Part shown: positions 11,094-23,550 of the stretch, one piece after another | How the letters are laid out: every line of letters starts with the position of its first letter | How positions within the stretch are numbered: the first letter of the stretch is position 1 | Assembly (NCBI GenBank): GCA_947501605.1 | Contig: CANMWZ010000015.1 | Span: 1-64,000 of the forward strand | DNA length: 64,000 nt | Reading direction: 5' to 3' | Source: Planctomycetota bacterium | GTDB lineage: Bacteria > Planctomycetota > UBA1135 > UBA2386 | Notes under the pieces: generated by a model | The model's database searches: none | What the model saw: the letters and a program-made list of their open reading frames with translations, nothing else | Told to the model about the DNA's origin: nothing | Program-made: the position numbers and the translations under genes

Positions 11094-12390
11094 CGGCCGG
11101 GCCGCGGCGCCACGCGGCGAGCAACGTGACGGAATCGGCGACGACTGCGATCCCGAGCGCGACGAAGGACACCGCCACCAACGGTGCCGACCCCGTCGCG
11201 AGCGCGACCAACAGCAGCGCCGTGCCACAGCACCACCCGATCGCCGTGATCCACGGCAACACCAGGACTGCTGTGGTGTGCCGGGGCTGCCCTGGTGCGC
11301 CTTCGTTCGGCGCCATGCCGTCACCGGCAGAAGGTGTCTGTGAGCCCAGTTCGCTCCCCCCGTCCGTCCACGGCGCGCGCGGCGGCAGACGCACACCGAA
11401 GCCGAACACCATCGAGCCAAAGTAGCCCAGCATCGCCAGCACGCCGTAGCTGAGTTGGAGTGCGGGCGCGTCGCTCTTGCCCTGCGACAGCAGCAGGCCG
11501 ATCGCCAGAGTCCCGCCGAGGCTCAGCATGGCTACGAGGTGCAGCAGACGCGCCGGCTTGTCGCCAGGAAGGGCGTGCTGGACCAACCGGTCCAAGGTTG
11601 GAGAGACCGGCACCAGCCAACGCAGTACGAGCGAAAGCAGTCGGCCGAACAAGAACAACAACACGCCGAATCCGAGGCAGAAACCAGCGAAGGACCCTGG
11701 CTCGGGCCCGAAGGTCCTCGTCGCCGCGAGCCCGAAAGCCCCGAGCGCGACGGCGCAGACAACCCCTGCATCGAGCACCGCCGGCGAGGACCGCAGCATC
11801 GGCAGCAACCATCGATCGAGCGAGACCGCCAGACACAAGGCGAAGCCACCGAGGCCAAGATGCAGGTGCCCGAAGAGCGCCTGTTGGTGACCGAGAGGCA
11901 GGAACGGCGCGCCGCGGTCGATCGCGAGTGCCATGCCGAGGCCAATGGTGGACAACAGCGCCAGCCACGACAGGCCAATGCCGACCCGCATCGGCAGCGG
12001 CGCCCGCAACCCTTTGAGTTCGAGCCACCAGGACGGCACGCGCAACAGCAGCGCTGCCAGCAAGAGTGCACCAGACCACGCGACCCCCGAGTAGGTGCCG
12101 AGCGCCATGTGCGAGGCCACGCCGCTCGCCACAACCAGCGCGCTGACGAGAATCGTCACATCGCGCCAATCGGCCCGCAAAGGCATGGCCAGGGCGCTCC
12201 GCGCAACCACGTGGTAGGCGCCAAGCATCGACGGCACCAAGAACCCGAGCACGAACAGATGCGCACACGCGAGCGTGACCGGGTGGAACGGCGAGCCCGC
12301 CAGACCCGAAGGCTCCGTCAGCGCTAGCCCGCACGCGAATAGCAGCGCGAGTCGGGCGCCGAGCCAGTGCCACAGGACGAGCCGCGGCAA
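11086..12390 (-). CDS. Multi-pass membrane protein with conserved intramembrane histidines
   Basis: About 12 hydrophobic segments with HLFVLGF, ASHM and HLHLGLGG. TTG start is uncertain. The 3' end overlaps the convergent regulator by 8 bp. Confidence 0.6.
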
Positions 12391-12448
12391 CAGGCCACCG
12401 ACGCTGGCCGAAGACGGACGCGAGCCAGAGTCGAATGCGAGCGTTGGC

Positions 12449-13354
12449 TCAGCCCTTCGTCGGAATCGAGATGACTTGGCCTTCGCGGAGGCGGTCGACG
12501 TCGAGGCCAGGATTCAGCGTGCGGACCTTGTCGAGGAACGCCGGCGCCTGCTTCTTGCCGACTTCGCGCTCGGCGATCTTCCACAGCGACTCACCGGCCT
12601 GGATCGTGTGCTTGCGCATCGCCCCCTGGATCGCAGTCGTGTCGGCAGCGGACTTGGTGGCATCGGTCTTGGTGGCATCGGTCACCGGAACACCCTCGAG
12701 CGCCGAGGCGCCAGCGGTCACCGGGCTCTTGGTCCCAGGAGTGCTCGAAGCGTCCACCGCCGACGGTGCGGGAGCAAATACCGGCGCCGGCAGGGACGCG
12801 CCCGTGCGCTTCTCCCAGGCGGCGAGGATCAGATCGTCCTCCACCCAGGGCAGCACGACGGTCTGGCCGACCTGAAGCGTCTCCAGTGTTTCATTGAGGC
12901 CGCGGGCCTCTTCGAGACGGTCGAGCCCGCCACACCACTTCTGCACCAGCAACCCGAGCGTGTCGCCACGCGTCGCGCGCACGATGCGATAGCCATGCTC
13001 CTCGCGGCTGAGGCCGAGCTTCTCGGTCACCACCGCGGCCGGCGCGGGCGGCGCAAGTTGCACGTTTGCCGCCAACGGTTGGTCCGCCGCACCCGGCACG
13101 ACCGGAGGGGCGCCGGCGGCAGCATCAGTCGGCTTCGATGCGTCCGTCGCGGCACCAGCACCCATCAGGGCACCACTACCGGGTTCGGTGGCGCGGCGAT
13201 TCATCAGGTCCTCCAGGCTTGGGCCTTGGAGCGAATCGCCTTGCACGTCCGGCAACCGGCGCGCTGTGTCCTTGTCGAAAAGGATGGCGACCCCGAGGAT
13301 CACCGCCAGGAAACCGGTCACTGCGTAGACCAGGATCTTCTCGTTCTGCTTCAT
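12449..13354 (-). CDS. Membrane-anchored LysM peptidoglycan-binding protein (two LysM-like domains)
   Basis: N-terminal TM; RGDTLGLLVQKW…LQVGQTVVLP and HTIQAGESLWKIA…LREGQVISIP; GGGAGGG RBS. Confidence 0.85.
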   Translation of the reverse strand: MKQNEKILVYAVTGFLAVILGVAILFDKDTARRLPDVQGDSLQGPSLEDLMNRRATEPGSGALMGAGAATDASKPTDAAAGAPPVVPGAADQPLAANVQLAPPAPAAVVTEKLGLSREEHGYRIVRATRGDTLGLLVQKWCGGLDRLEEARGLNETLETLQVGQTVVLPWVEDDLILAAWEKRTGASLPAPVFAPAPSAVDASSTPGTKSPVTAGASALEGVPVTDATKTDATKSAADTTAIQGAMRKHTIQAGESLWKIAEREVGKKQAPAFLDKVRTLNPGLDVDRLREGQVISIPTKG

Positions 13355-13576
13355 CGGTCCCTCCCTGCGCCGCGCGATCCTGACCGACCGCCGAACGCAG
13401 CAGCAAACTCGAAACTCAAACGCCTCGGTCCTTCGCGCGATCGTCGTTTGAACGCGCGCCGAGGCCCGACATGCAGCCGCCAGCCGCACATCGAAGGGGC
13501 AGACCTTAGGCACCGCCGCACGGGCTTTCCAGTCCCTTGTAGATCCTGGCGCGCTGGCTACGCTCGCTCCACGTCG

Positions 13577-14139
13577 ATGGGTCCTCGCACGCGCCTCGCA
13601 CCGACGTTCTTCATGCTGCTGCTGGCAGGCTGCGCGAATTCGTCGCCGGACCTCCCTCGCGTCCTCGAAATCGAAGCCGGCCGCCGGACCCGGATCGTGA
13701 TCCTCGACCAAGCCGGCCGGTCCTTCGCGCTGCAAAACCTGTCGAGCGGTTCGCGACCCGAAGTGTATGGCGACACGAGCGGCACAACGCTGGCGAAGGT
13801 CGTCACCGACGCGGATCTCCAGCAACTCCTCGACGTGCTTGCGAGCAAGGGCCTGTTCGAACGAGCAACCAGTGCGGCGGCGCCCGGTGCCAAGAGCGTG
13901 CTCGTCGTGGAGCAGCCCGGGCGTTCGTTCTACTGGTCGCGCCCGGCCGTCGATCCAACGCGGGGTCCGGACGAACAGCCGGGGGTCAAGGCCTTCGACG
14001 AAGGCCGTGCTTACGTGCTCTCGATTTACAACTCCGAGGTCGCCTACCACGCCGGTTCGCTGGAATCGTTCTCGCCCGAGAACCGGAAGAAGATCGAGGC
14101 TGAGCGCCGCCGCAGCGGCACCGTCGAGAGGACGGACAA

Positions 14140-14143
<4 letters not shown>
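13577..14143 (+). CDS. Hypothetical lipoprotein, first gene of the kdsB-pyrG operon
   Basis: LLLAGC lipobox; stop overlaps the kdsB start (GTGA). Confidence 0.7.
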
Positions 14144-16514
<2,371 letters not shown>

Positions 16515-16523
16515 CCACGACGC

Positions 16524-16542
16524 GCAGCCGCACGGCGGCTGC
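16524..16542 (+). terminator. GC-rich hairpin after pyrG
   Basis: gcagccgc-acg-gcggctgc 8-bp stem; no U-tract. Confidence 0.3.
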
Positions 16543-16576
16543 ATGCGGGCGCTTTCCAGTGGCCGGCCGCCGGGGT

Positions 16577-17782
16577 ATGGATGCGCTCATGACGCTCCTC
16601 ACCCGGCGCGACCCGATGGGCATCTATCAGGTGCTCTTCGCCTTTGCCCAGCAAACGGGTTCCTACATCGGCGATCCGGGCACCCATCCGTTGAGCCAAG
16701 GCTTCCCGCTGGTGACCAGAGTCCCCGGAGGCCCAGATCTCCCGTCGACCCTGCCGGTCACGGCCACGGATCGCATGTACCCGAAGGCCGACGGCACGCC
16801 TTTGCTGCGACAGGCGATCGCGAGTTACTACAACCGGCACTACGGGTGCTCGCTCACGGACGCCAACGTGATGCTGTTCGCCGGCGGTCGCCCGGGCCTT
16901 GTCGCGCTCCTGTGGATGCTCGAGAAGGACCTGCGCGTCACGATCGAAGAAACCGAGTACACGCCCTACTGGGACATGCTCCGGCACTGCGCGCGCGACT
17001 ACACGATCGTCGCCAGCAACGAGCAGAACCGCTTCCGACCGACGCTCGACGACCATCGCAAGGCGCACCAACAGTCGGACGGGAGCTCGCGCCAACTGCT
17101 GCTGCGCAGCAACCCCGGCAACCCGACCGGCGTGACGCTGCAGCGCGACGACCTCGGCAAACTCGCGACCTGGAGCAAGGAAAAGGGCTTTGCGGCCCTG
17201 ATCGACGAGGCCTACGAGTTCTTCGTCGATCCGCCCGAGAGCGTCCTCGCCCACGTGAAGGACCTCGATGCGCACAACCTGTTCGTCGTCGGCGCCGCGA
17301 CCAAGGGCCTCCAGGCCCCCGGAGCTCGCACCGGTTGGGTTTTGGGTCCAGCGCGCGAAATCGAGGTGCTGCGCAACTTCTCGTCGTACGGAATGGGCGG
17401 CGTCAGCCAGCTGAGCCAGAACTACGTGCTGCAGCTGTTCGCCAAGCCACACATCGACGCGGCCCGCATTGCCATCGCCAAGTTCTACGGCGGCCAGCGC
17501 ACGCGCTATGTCGAGGCCTTGAAGGCCCTGGGCTTTGTCGACTTCACCGGCAACGGCGGCTTCTACGCCTGGATGAAACTGCCGGGAGGTCTCAACGCCG
17601 CCGAGTTCAATCGCCGGTTGTTCAGGCACAAGGCCGCGATCCTGCCAGGAGAACTCTGCGACATGCACCGCCGCGGGGCGAACTCGCCTCTGGCGCACTT
17701 CATCCGCGTGTCGTTCGGGCCGCGTCAACCGGACGACTTCGCCGGCGACATCGCCGCCCTCCGCGCCGCGTTGAAGGGATGA
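16577..17782 (+). CDS. PLP-dependent aminotransferase, class I/II
   Basis: SNPGNPTG, IDEAYE, ATKGLQAPGARTGW (PLP lysine), GGFYAW, IRVSFG. Confidence 0.88.
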   Translation: MDALMTLLTRRDPMGIYQVLFAFAQQTGSYIGDPGTHPLSQGFPLVTRVPGGPDLPSTLPVTATDRMYPKADGTPLLRQAIASYYNRHYGCSLTDANVMLFAGGRPGLVALLWMLEKDLRVTIEETEYTPYWDMLRHCARDYTIVASNEQNRFRPTLDDHRKAHQQSDGSSRQLLLRSNPGNPTGVTLQRDDLGKLATWSKEKGFAALIDEAYEFFVDPPESVLAHVKDLDAHNLFVVGAATKGLQAPGARTGWVLGPAREIEVLRNFSSYGMGGVSQLSQNYVLQLFAKPHIDAARIAIAKFYGGQRTRYVEALKALGFVDFTGNGGFYAWMKLPGGLNAAEFNRRLFRHKAAILPGELCDMHRRGANSPLAHFIRVSFGPRQPDDFAGDIAALRAALKG

Positions 17783-18054
17783 GCCCGCATTGGACAGAAA
17801 GTGCGCGGAGCCCCGCGAACCGCACCTGAAGGCCGCACCAAAATCGGTGGCCGCGGTCGCCACCATAGGGCACTGGGCCGCTGTCGCTGGGACCCCGATG
17901 CGGCCAGCAGCCGCGCCCGCAGCGACTCGGTGCGCATGCTGCCTCTGCTTGCCAACGACGACGCAGAACCCCAGGCGCCAGCGCCGACCGGATGCGGCCC
18001 TGCCCCGCCGTCGCTAGACTGTTCGCTCCTGCACCCGACCCCGCACCCGTGCTC

Positions 18055-20325
18055 ATGACCCATCGTCCGTTTGTCTCCAGCCTCGTTGCGTTCACCCTCG
18101 TCGCCAGCGCTGCCGCACAAGCCAACGAGGAAGCCGACTTCAACCAGCGTCAGGCCAAGTCGCTGAACGCGTTCGCCAAGAAGTCCTTCGACAAGGGTTT
18201 CCCGCGCATCGCCAAAGTCGTCTGGCTGCAGGTCCACAAGCTCTACGACCCGGACAACGTCGAAGCATGGACCGGACTCGGCTACGTGAAGGTCGGCAAC
18301 AGCTGGAACCCCGACACAAACAAGCCATACCCCAAGACCGACACAGGAAACGGCGCCGAAGGCCAGCCACTGCAGCGCGCCTACGAACAGCTGAAGAAGG
18401 ACCTCGCCGGTATGCACCGCTTGCAGGCCGACAAGTGGGGCAAGGCCGGGCGCACCGACCGAGCGAACCACCATTGGCGCATGGTGCTGCGCTGGGTCGA
18501 CGACGATGAACAGGCCAAGAAGGCGCTCGATTACGTCGAGGTCGGCGCGCTGTCCGGGACCGGCCTAGAGAAGAGCCTCTATGATCGCAGCAAGGCGATC
18601 GAGAAGGCAGTCGAGGAACAGTCGAAGACCGACTACGAGGTCAAGCAGGTCACCGACGTCCAGTGCGAGCCGCTGGACCGCGCTCAGGTGAAGTACATCA
18701 CAGTGAGGTCCGAGCACTTCACGCTGCACGGCGACGAAGACCAACTCGACAGCCTCTGCAACGGGCTGCGTTGGGCCGAGCGCACACTGCGCGTGTGCAA
18801 GGTCGCGTTCCCGTGGCCGGTAAAGGACGGAGCCTGGCCGCAGGACTGGGCGTGCTTCGACGCCAAGGAGACCTTTCAGCAGATCCTCAAGGCAAACCAG
18901 GTCCCCGACCTCGAATGGCGACTCGAGAACACCGCAAGCTGCGGCATCGGGCGCACCAACGTTGCCGCTACCACGGGCGTTCAGGTACTGCTCGACTCGT
19001 GCGTGCGCAACGTCGCGCGTGGCTGCGCCGGCTTCGCTTCCGACGCGTATGTGGAAGGCATCGGCCACACGCTGGTCGGCATGATCTTCAACAACAACCG
19101 ACTGTTCTCGGTCGACCTGAAGAAGCAGCAGGGCACGACTGCGAGCGAAGAGGACCGCGAGTTCCAGTCCCCGGACTTCGACGTCTGGAAGAATCTGAGC
19201 CTCGAACTCGCCTGGCGCAGCACCGGCGGCATCCCGGCCAACAGGCTGCCGTTCTGCGAGGCGTCGAACTTCAGCAACGAAGAGCGCATCAAGGCTTGGT
19301 CGTTCTGCGACTACATGATGCGTCGCGACCCCGAGATGCTGCGCACCATGGACGCCATCGCCGTGGACATGCAGCAGAAGCGCCAGAAGCAGCCCGCTGA
19401 CTTCGACAAGCAGTTCGAAGAGCAGCACAAGCTGCCTGTCGCGCAGCTCGACAAGGAGTGGGAAGACTTCTGGACCGGCGCGTCACCCGTGCTGAAGGCC
19501 ATCCAGAACAACACGCCGCCGCTCGCCGCGATCAGCAAGGGCGTGGACAAGTGGCTCGAGGCTTACAACGCCGCACGCAAGACGTTTGGCAAGACGCCCG
19601 TCACTTGGTCGGCCAACTTCTCCTCGCGCTGCAAGGAGCACGCGGAGTACCTCAAGAAGAACAAGGACCTGCGCGACCCAGCGTCGATGCACACGCAGTC
19701 CGTCGATCTCGGCGGCAGCTACGTCGGCAGTCTGTTTGCCCAAATGGCGCTGGTGATCCCGGACGCCAGCATCGGCAACGCCAAGAAGACCTTTGAAAAA
19801 TGGGTCTACCTGCCCGGCTATCGCGACGCGCTGGTCAACAACACGATCCTCTCGGTCGGCATGTATCTCGAAGGCGACGTGCTGGTGATCAATGCCACGA
19901 GCGGCATCGGCCAGCCAAAGGCCGCGAGTGCCGGTGCCGATTGCTATCCGCCGCGCACCGACGGCGGGCTCACCTTCGAACGCGAAGTCGCGGTGGCGGA
20001 CCTCGGATCCGAGGTCGAGGCATTGCTCAAGAAGCACGGGCGCGAGGGCCAGAAGACCATCGGCTTCCCACTCACGATCCACTTCGGCAGCACCGGCGGC
20101 CTCGGTGTTCGCGGCTCCCTCAACTGTTCGATGCGTGGCCCGAAGGGCGACGCGATCGAGGGCGTGCTGGTGTTCGACGATGGCACCGTGCGGACCACGT
20201 CCGCCCCCGGCATGGCAACGTTCTGGCCGCTCGATCCGCTGCCAAAGGGCAAGGTCCAGTTCGCCTGGAGTTGGATGGGCGGCGACGCGCAACAGGTACT
20301 GAAGGGCGGGTTCTCCGCGAAGTGA
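18055..20325 (+). CDS. Exported multidomain protein with a CAP (SCP)-like domain
   Basis: Signal peptide (…ASAAAQ); DPDNVEAWTGLGY motif; CAP-like NAARK…CKEHAEYL…WVYLPGYRDALVN. Confidence 0.65.
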   Translation: MTHRPFVSSLVAFTLVASAAAQANEEADFNQRQAKSLNAFAKKSFDKGFPRIAKVVWLQVHKLYDPDNVEAWTGLGYVKVGNSWNPDTNKPYPKTDTGNGAEGQPLQRAYEQLKKDLAGMHRLQADKWGKAGRTDRANHHWRMVLRWVDDDEQAKKALDYVEVGALSGTGLEKSLYDRSKAIEKAVEEQSKTDYEVKQVTDVQCEPLDRAQVKYITVRSEHFTLHGDEDQLDSLCNGLRWAERTLRVCKVAFPWPVKDGAWPQDWACFDAKETFQQILKANQVPDLEWRLENTASCGIGRTNVAATTGVQVLLDSCVRNVARGCAGFASDAYVEGIGHTLVGMIFNNNRLFSVDLKKQQGTTASEEDREFQSPDFDVWKNLSLELAWRSTGGIPANRLPFCEASNFSNEERIKAWSFCDYMMRRDPEMLRTMDAIAVDMQQKRQKQPADFDKQFEEQHKLPVAQLDKEWEDFWTGASPVLKAIQNNTPPLAAISKGVDKWLEAYNAARKTFGKTPVTWSANFSSRCKEHAEYLKKNKDLRDPASMHTQSVDLGGSYVGSLFAQMALVIPDASIGNAKKTFEKWVYLPGYRDALVNNTILSVGMYLEGDVLVINATSGIGQPKAASAGADCYPPRTDGGLTFEREVAVADLGSEVEALLKKHGREGQKTIGFPLTIHFGSTGGLGVRGSLNCSMRGPKGDAIEGVLVFDDGTVRTTSAPGMATFWPLDPLPKGKVQFAWSWMGGDAQQVLKGGFSAK

Positions 20326-20395
20326 GACCTCGCAGCCGCTGCGTTCGGCGCCGACGCCTCACCTCGGCAGCCGAGCGGCCTGCGACTCCGCCCCG

Positions 20396-20432
20396 GCGTG
20401 CCTGACCAGACTGCGTGCCTGACCAGACTGCG
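20396..20432. repeat. 17-bp tandem duplication in a convergent intergenic region
   Basis: gcgtgcctgaccagact x2 followed by gcg. Confidence 0.9.
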
Positions 20433-20586
20433 CGCCGAGCGAGAACGCAGCGCGTAGCACGCGGCACGGGAACCCCGTGGCCGCGGTCCTCGGCTTCGAC
20501 TGGTGCGGCCGGTGCCTGCAAGGGCATGGCCGGCCAGCGTGTCGGCCAGATCTACGCCGCAACCACGCGCCATCCGGCTCTGCCGC

Positions 20587-23511
20587 TCACCAGAACAGGC
20601 GCTTGCCAGTCCACTTGACCGCCAGCACCTCGGAGCCGCGGGCGATCCAAACGCGCCACTCTGCCCCGTCATAGCTGCCGAGTTGGCGATCGTTCCAGAG
20701 GTCGCGGAGGGACGCGACGCTGTCGATGCGCTTCAGCACCGGATCGCCGCTCTCGCTGCGCAGTTCGATCGCCAGCACAAGGTCGCCGTCCTTCACGTCG
20801 ACACCCTCTCTCTGCTCGCCCGGAAAGTACTTCTCCACCACGACCGCGGACTCAGGGATCTGCTGGGGCTCGCCCGTGGCGTCGCCAGTGAACTGACGAT
20901 GCAGCGAGATCGCCGCCGCCCGCATCCGCGTTTCGTCTTCAGCAAACGGGAAGTCGCGGACCTGCAATCCCGACTGGCGGAGTACGGCGAAGACCTCGGC
21001 AGCAAGGGGGGCGATCCGAAGCGTGTTGCTCTGGCCGTTTTGCAGGAGCTTCAACTCGATCTCGACCAAAGGCCTCGCATTCTGCAACTGGAGTGCAAAC
21101 GCCGGGCTCCACGAGATCTGCGTCCCGTCGAGAGCGACGATGCAATCGCCAGCCCTGACGCCGGCACGCGCGGCCGGGCCACGCGGGTCGCAATCGAGCA
21201 CTAGCACTTTGCCGTTGTCGTCGAGCACGCGCATGCCGAGATCCGCACTTCGCAACTTGTAGGCTTGCAGCAGCAGCGAGAGAACCTGCTGGCGCACGTG
21301 GTCGACCTCGATCGCGTAGCCCTTGTTGTTGAACGTGCCACCGCCAGCGCTGTTGATCCCGACAAGGCGGCCGCGCATGTCCAGCAAGGCACCGCCGCTA
21401 TTGCCGCCGTTGATCGCCGCATCCGTCTCGACCAACGGACCGAGCTTCTCGAAGCGCCCCTTCACCCGGATCGATTGGTCCTTGGCCGAGACGATACCGA
21501 ACGTCACCGTGTTGGCACGTCCGTGCGGATTGCCGATCGCCGCGACCCATTCGCCGACGGCGAGAGCCTCGCTACTGCCGAGCTCGATGGCGTGCACTGT
21601 TTCGCCAGCTTCGAGTTCGAGCTGCAGCAAGGACAGGTCGTCCTCGCGCGAGATGCTGAGCACCTTGACGCGATACTCCTTGCCGCCGAACACCCGCGCC
21701 GTGACCTGATGGTCTTGCACCATCGAACCATCCGGTTTGGTCGCGTCGTCGACCACGTGCCAGTTGGACAGCGCCAAGCCCGACGCATCGATGATCACGC
21801 CCGAACCCAGGCTCATCGGCACGAACTTCTGCTCCTTCATCGAGGCGAACGGGTCGTCCTCATCGACGGCGGTCACATTCCTCGAAACGTAGATGTTGAG
21901 CATGGCCCCAGCCTGCTGCTCGACCATGCGTGAAAGCGCGGTCCGCCGCGCTTCCCGGCGTTCCGGATCCCGCCCCGCGGCGCGGATCGACTCGGTCGCA
22001 GTCGCGTGCTCTTCGATCTGCTCCTGGAAGGCGCGGCGGACGCGCGCGATGCCGACAAACGTCGACAGGTTGGTCTCGGTCGACACGCGATCGCCACGCT
22101 GCGCGAACTGCATCTCGATCGGATCGATGGCGCCGGCGTCGCCGATTCCGAGCAGGTGTCCGTGGACATCGATGACGGCCCCGCCGCCATTTTGATTGCC
22201 GAGGTTGGCGTCGGCCTGGATGCGACCACCCTCGCGATCCCGCTTGGCCGAGACGACGCCCGCCGTGACGACCGCAGCTCCATAGGGCCTGCCGACCGCG
22301 AGCATCACCTCGCCGACCTCGATGTCGTCGTCTTGGTTGCACACGGCTGCCGACAAGGTCGCACCGACCGGCAGCTTCACTCGGAGCAGCGCCAGATTGA
22401 TGCTCGAGCTCGTGTGCAGCAGCTCTGCCTCGTAGACCGAGCCATCCGCAACGCGAAGGCGCGGCGTGCCCTTCTTGGCGACGTGCGCATTGCACACGAC
22501 CAAACCCGTAGCCGAGAGGACCACGCCGGAGCCGAGTCCTGGCACGCGCACCACGCCACCAGGATCGAGCGGACCGGCCTTCGGAAACTCGCCCTCGCCA
22601 GCCCACACGGTGACGACCGACGGCAGCATGGCCTGCACGGCCGCGGCTTGCGGGTGCACGGGGCCGGCCTTCGGGGCCCCACCGCCGAGCGCCGAGGCGA
22701 ACACCGTTTGGATGCACGAAGCCGTGACCAGCGCACCAAAGCTCGGCTTCAGCAGGTCCTCGAGCTTCGGGTCGGAAACGTCGCGTTGCACGTGTTCGCT
22801 GGCGTAGATCCCGAGCACCCGTCCCTGCGCGTCAAACGCCGGCGCGCCGTCGCAGCGTTCGTCGTTGCGCGAATCGCACAAGAACACCTGTTCGGCGGCC
22901 AACTGGGCCCCGCCGATCTCGATGCCCGACGAGGCGTTGCTGGCGACCCCGAGGAAGGCGAGCATGTCCTTGCCGTCTGGTCGCGAGAGAACGACGACCG
23001 GCTCACCGATCGCGGGGCGCGGCGCGCCAAAGGTCGCGGCGACGAGGCCACCCTCCGGCGGCGTGACCTTGAGCAGCACCAGCCCCGTAGCGTCATCGAT
23101 CGCCTCGATCGCAGCGGGCAGCTGCGTGTTAGCCGCGTCGTCGAGCTGCACCAACAGGCGCTTGTCCGTCGCACCCTGCACTTCGCGCACGAGGTGGCGA
23201 AAGGTCAGCACCAGGCCCTTCTGGTCGACAACCACGCCGCTCGCCATGCGCACGATCGGGAACTTGCCGCGCGGCCCGTCGACTTCGACGACGACGTGCA
23301 CCACGCTGCGGCGGACCTTGGCGACGAGGGCTGCGGATCCGCTCGGATCTACTGCGGCGGCGGCAACAGTCGGCGCTCGAAGCAGCGTCGGGTTGCCAAC
23401 AGCTGGACCGCCTGGGCTCTGGGCCGCGAGCGGCAGCATCAGCGACAACAGAGCCCACGACGGGGGGCCGAACGCGGGAAGATCCGAGGACGCAGAACGC
23501 GGACGCAGCAT
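20587..23511 (-). CDS. HtrA/DegP-like serine protease with three tandem trypsin-like domains and PDZ domain(s)
   Basis: Three (G/A)SGVV/I segments. The third domain has NWHVV, DDLSLL and AINGGNSGG. PDZ-like GPAARAGVRAGDCIVALDG. Signal peptide present. Confidence 0.88.
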   Translation of the reverse strand: MLRPRSASSDLPAFGPPSWALLSLMLPLAAQSPGGPAVGNPTLLRAPTVAAAAVDPSGSAALVAKVRRSVVHVVVEVDGPRGKFPIVRMASGVVVDQKGLVLTFRHLVREVQGATDKRLLVQLDDAANTQLPAAIEAIDDATGLVLLKVTPPEGGLVAATFGAPRPAIGEPVVVLSRPDGKDMLAFLGVASNASSGIEIGGAQLAAEQVFLCDSRNDERCDGAPAFDAQGRVLGIYASEHVQRDVSDPKLEDLLKPSFGALVTASCIQTVFASALGGGAPKAGPVHPQAAAVQAMLPSVVTVWAGEGEFPKAGPLDPGGVVRVPGLGSGVVLSATGLVVCNAHVAKKGTPRLRVADGSVYEAELLHTSSSINLALLRVKLPVGATLSAAVCNQDDDIEVGEVMLAVGRPYGAAVVTAGVVSAKRDREGGRIQADANLGNQNGGGAVIDVHGHLLGIGDAGAIDPIEMQFAQRGDRVSTETNLSTFVGIARVRRAFQEQIEEHATATESIRAAGRDPERREARRTALSRMVEQQAGAMLNIYVSRNVTAVDEDDPFASMKEQKFVPMSLGSGVIIDASGLALSNWHVVDDATKPDGSMVQDHQVTARVFGGKEYRVKVLSISREDDLSLLQLELEAGETVHAIELGSSEALAVGEWVAAIGNPHGRANTVTFGIVSAKDQSIRVKGRFEKLGPLVETDAAINGGNSGGALLDMRGRLVGINSAGGGTFNNKGYAIEVDHVRQQVLSLLLQAYKLRSADLGMRVLDDNGKVLVLDCDPRGPAARAGVRAGDCIVALDGTQISWSPAFALQLQNARPLVEIELKLLQNGQSNTLRIAPLAAEVFAVLRQSGLQVRDFPFAEDETRMRAAAISLHRQFTGDATGEPQQIPESAVVVEKYFPGEQREGVDVKDGDLVLAIELRSESGDPVLKRIDSVASLRDLWNDRQLGSYDGAEWRVWIARGSEVLAVKWTGKRLFW

Positions 23512-23550
23512 CCGCCGGAGACTACCGGCTCGGCGTCGCGCGGGGCAGCG

